DNA of 56,414 bases. Origin: a virus. Lineage: Duplodnaviria > Caudoviricetes. Below, piece by piece: positions 54,730 through 56,414 of the stretch. The first letter of the stretch is position 1. Every line of letters begins with the position of its first letter. The translations under genes were made by a program, and so were the position numbers. The notes beneath the pieces were generated by a model, which saw nothing but the letters and a program-made list of their open reading frames with translations, was not told where the DNA came from and did not search any database. The DNA is taken from positions 1 to 56,414 of IMG/VR virus record IMGVR_UViG_3300024180_000007. One strand, written 5' to 3'.

Positions 54730-55434
54730 ATGGCAAGAATAAGTACATACAAGAAAACTGTTCCTGTTGTAGCTGCAGATAAATGGATAGGTTCTGACTC
54801 TCAGAATCAAATGCGTACCAGAAATTTCACAGCTCAAGATGTTGCTGATTTTATTAACAAAAAAGGTGGAGAGGATCAAAACTTACGTTATACTTACAAT
54901 GACACTACAGGTTATGAAACTGGAACATTATCTTTTACAGGTGGTGGACCGTATTCAAAAGCGTTAGATACTATTACAACTTTTAATATAAGTTCTCATG
55001 ACTTAAGAAGTCCTGTATTAGATTTAGGTGACTGGATAACTAAAGCTCTTTTAAATTCAGATGTATTGTTAACACAGTGTGACGATCTAAATAACTGGGC
55101 TATATACTCATGGGATTCAGCTGTTTCGTCTGGTGTTAAAGATGAATATCAGATAGATTTAAGTTTTAGAGCAGGATATGGGAGCTTGACTGCTGGTGAA
55201 GATTATTTCATATCTTTGCTTAGTTACGCAGGGGATGGTGATTTACACTTTACTTATGTACAAGGAGTTCCTTCTACGAGTTGGAGTATACAGCATAATT
55301 TAGGAAAGTTTCCTTCTATAACAGTAATTGATAGTGCAGGAACAGTTGTAACTGGACAATATACATATAACGATATAAACAACGTGACATTAACATTTTC
55401 AGCACCGTTTGCTGGAACAGCATATTTAAATTAA
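54730..55434 (+). CDS. Tail fibre base/attachment protein
   Basis: C-terminal WSIQHNLGKFPSITVID...TLTFSAPFAGTAYLN. Confidence 0.7.
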   Translation: MARISTYKKTVPVVAADKWIGSDSQNQMRTRNFTAQDVADFINKKGGEDQNLRYTYNDTTGYETGTLSFTGGGPYSKALDTITTFNISSHDLRSPVLDLGDWITKALLNSDVLLTQCDDLNNWAIYSWDSAVSSGVKDEYQIDLSFRAGYGSLTAGEDYFISLLSYAGDGDLHFTYVQGVPSTSWSIQHNLGKFPSITVIDSAGTVVTGQYTYNDINNVTLTFSAPFAGTAYLN

Positions 55435-55440
55435 AAAACT

Positions 55441-56414
55441 ATGGCAATACAATATTTAAACACAGTTGATCTTAATCAGAATCAATTAAACCAGGCAGTT
55501 ATACAAAATGTAGGTACTGATCCTGCAACAGGTGTAGTTGGTCAAATTATATTCAACACATCTGCCGACACGTTAAAGCAATATGTTGCTGATACTCAAA
55601 ACCCACCAGTTCCAGCTTCACCAACTCCAGGTTGGATTGAGGTAGGTGCTACAAGTGCGGTTGAGTCTATTAATACTACAAACGGTACATTTATAAATCT
55701 TACGCCAACATCAAAAACAACAGGTAATGTTGTTATAACTGCTGACTTGTCTGCTACAGGAACTGCAAGCAATACAACTTTTTTAAGAGGTGATAATGCT
55801 TGGGCTGTAGTTGATAATTATGTAAGCTGGACATTAACTGGTGATTCTGGAACTCCTGAATCAGTAAGTTCTGGAGAAACAGTAGATATTGCAGGAGGAT
55901 TAAAAATAACTACCGATATAGCTGCTAATAGAACTTTAAATATAGTTCACGACTTACAAGCTCAAACAGATACCACATCAACAGGTTCACCTTCAGCAGG
56001 AGGAACATTCACAACAGTTGATTCTGTTACAAGAGATACAACAGGTCACGTTACAGGAATAAATGTTAAAACCATTACACTTCCAAGAGATGATTATAGT
56101 ATTGTTTCAAAAGCAAATGCTACAGCAGGAGCTGATGTAGATTTAGTAGATTCAGGAGGAGTTATAGATTCAACAGTTAACTTTATAGGAACAGCTGGTG
56201 AAATAGTTGTTGCACAATCAGCAACAGCAAATAAAATAGTTATAAGTCAACCTTCTGATGTTACAATTGGAAATGACTTACAAGTAGATAACGATGCAAC
56301 TGTAGACGGTAGTTTAACTGTTGTAGGTACAGGTGATTTTACAGGGGAGGTAACAGTTCCAACTGCAACAGCAGGAACAAGCGCACCTAACTTAGCTCAA
56401 GTAGAATTACTTGT
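55441..56414 (+). CDS. Tail fibre protein, 3'-truncated (not in ORF track)
   Basis: Starts MAIQYLNTVDLNQNQLNQAVIQN; TFLRGDNAW, WTLTGDSG, TGHVTGI; appears open to the window end. Confidence 0.78.
   Translation, partial: MAIQYLNTVDLNQNQLNQAVIQNVGTDPATGVVGQIIFNTSADTLKQYVADTQNPPVPASPTPGWIEVGATSAVESINTTNGTFINLTPTSKTTGNVVITADLSATGTASNTTFLRGDNAWAVVDNYVSWTLTGDSGTPESVSSGETVDIAGGLKITTDIAANRTLNIVHDLQAQTDTTSTGSPSAGGTFTTVDSVTRDTTGHVTGINVKTITLPRDDYSIVSKANATAGADVDLVDSGGVIDSTVNFIGTAGEIVVAQSATANKIVISQPSDVTIGNDLQVDNDATVDGSLTVVGTGDFTGEVTVPTATAGTSAPNLAQVELL

Noticed and set aside
3749-54879. Antisense and off-frame ORFs in the track (e.g. 4816..5103, 9451..9663, 29570..29923, 48522..48818, 51650..52069)
   Set aside because: They shadow well-supported genes and show no motifs or leaders. 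Only the 28936 nested ORF has a protein-like sequence and a plausible initiation context.
1-56414. Stop-codon reassignment as in some crAss-like phages
   Set aside because: Long genes are intact in the standard code, and TAG and TGA end genes at sensible boundaries.

Overview
This window is most of an AT-rich, tailed dsDNA phage genome. It is podovirus-like with a crAss-related structural module, and the TAnnTTTG promoters and A-rich leaders point to a Bacteroidota (probably Flavobacteriia) host. Both ends fall inside tail-fibre genes. The plus-strand late block (48295-56414 and 1-35173) encodes GroEL/GroES, many tiny Lys/Arg-rich proteins, lysis genes, tail fibres, a GroES-like protein, a 2OG-Fe(II) oxygenase and SET-domain pair, terminase, portal, scaffold, major capsid, tail proteins, a GNAT-like protein and three internal virion proteins, one of 2963 aa with a HExxH motif. 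The minus-strand early/replication block (35160-47359) encodes a primase-helicase, SF2 helicase, VRR-NUC, Sak-like recombinase, exonuclease, probable SSB, two DnaA-domain-IV-like proteins and small genes. I recognised no DNA polymerase, RNA polymerase, integrase, reverse transcriptase, CRISPR array or complete tRNA. The most notable unexplained features are: (1) two hidden products inside the giant virion gene, a -1 frameshift product at an A10 run and a nested +1-frame gene; (2) two 40-nt tRNA-elbow mimics with identical geometry and different stems; (3) two hairpin-U-tract-GTGGTACAA elements; (4) two copies of an iteron-like TGTC element with conserved spacing; (5) a strand-specific promoter variant with an overlapping face-to-face switch; (6) a possible lysine-modification system. 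All product calls come from motif recognition by eye; no database search was run.
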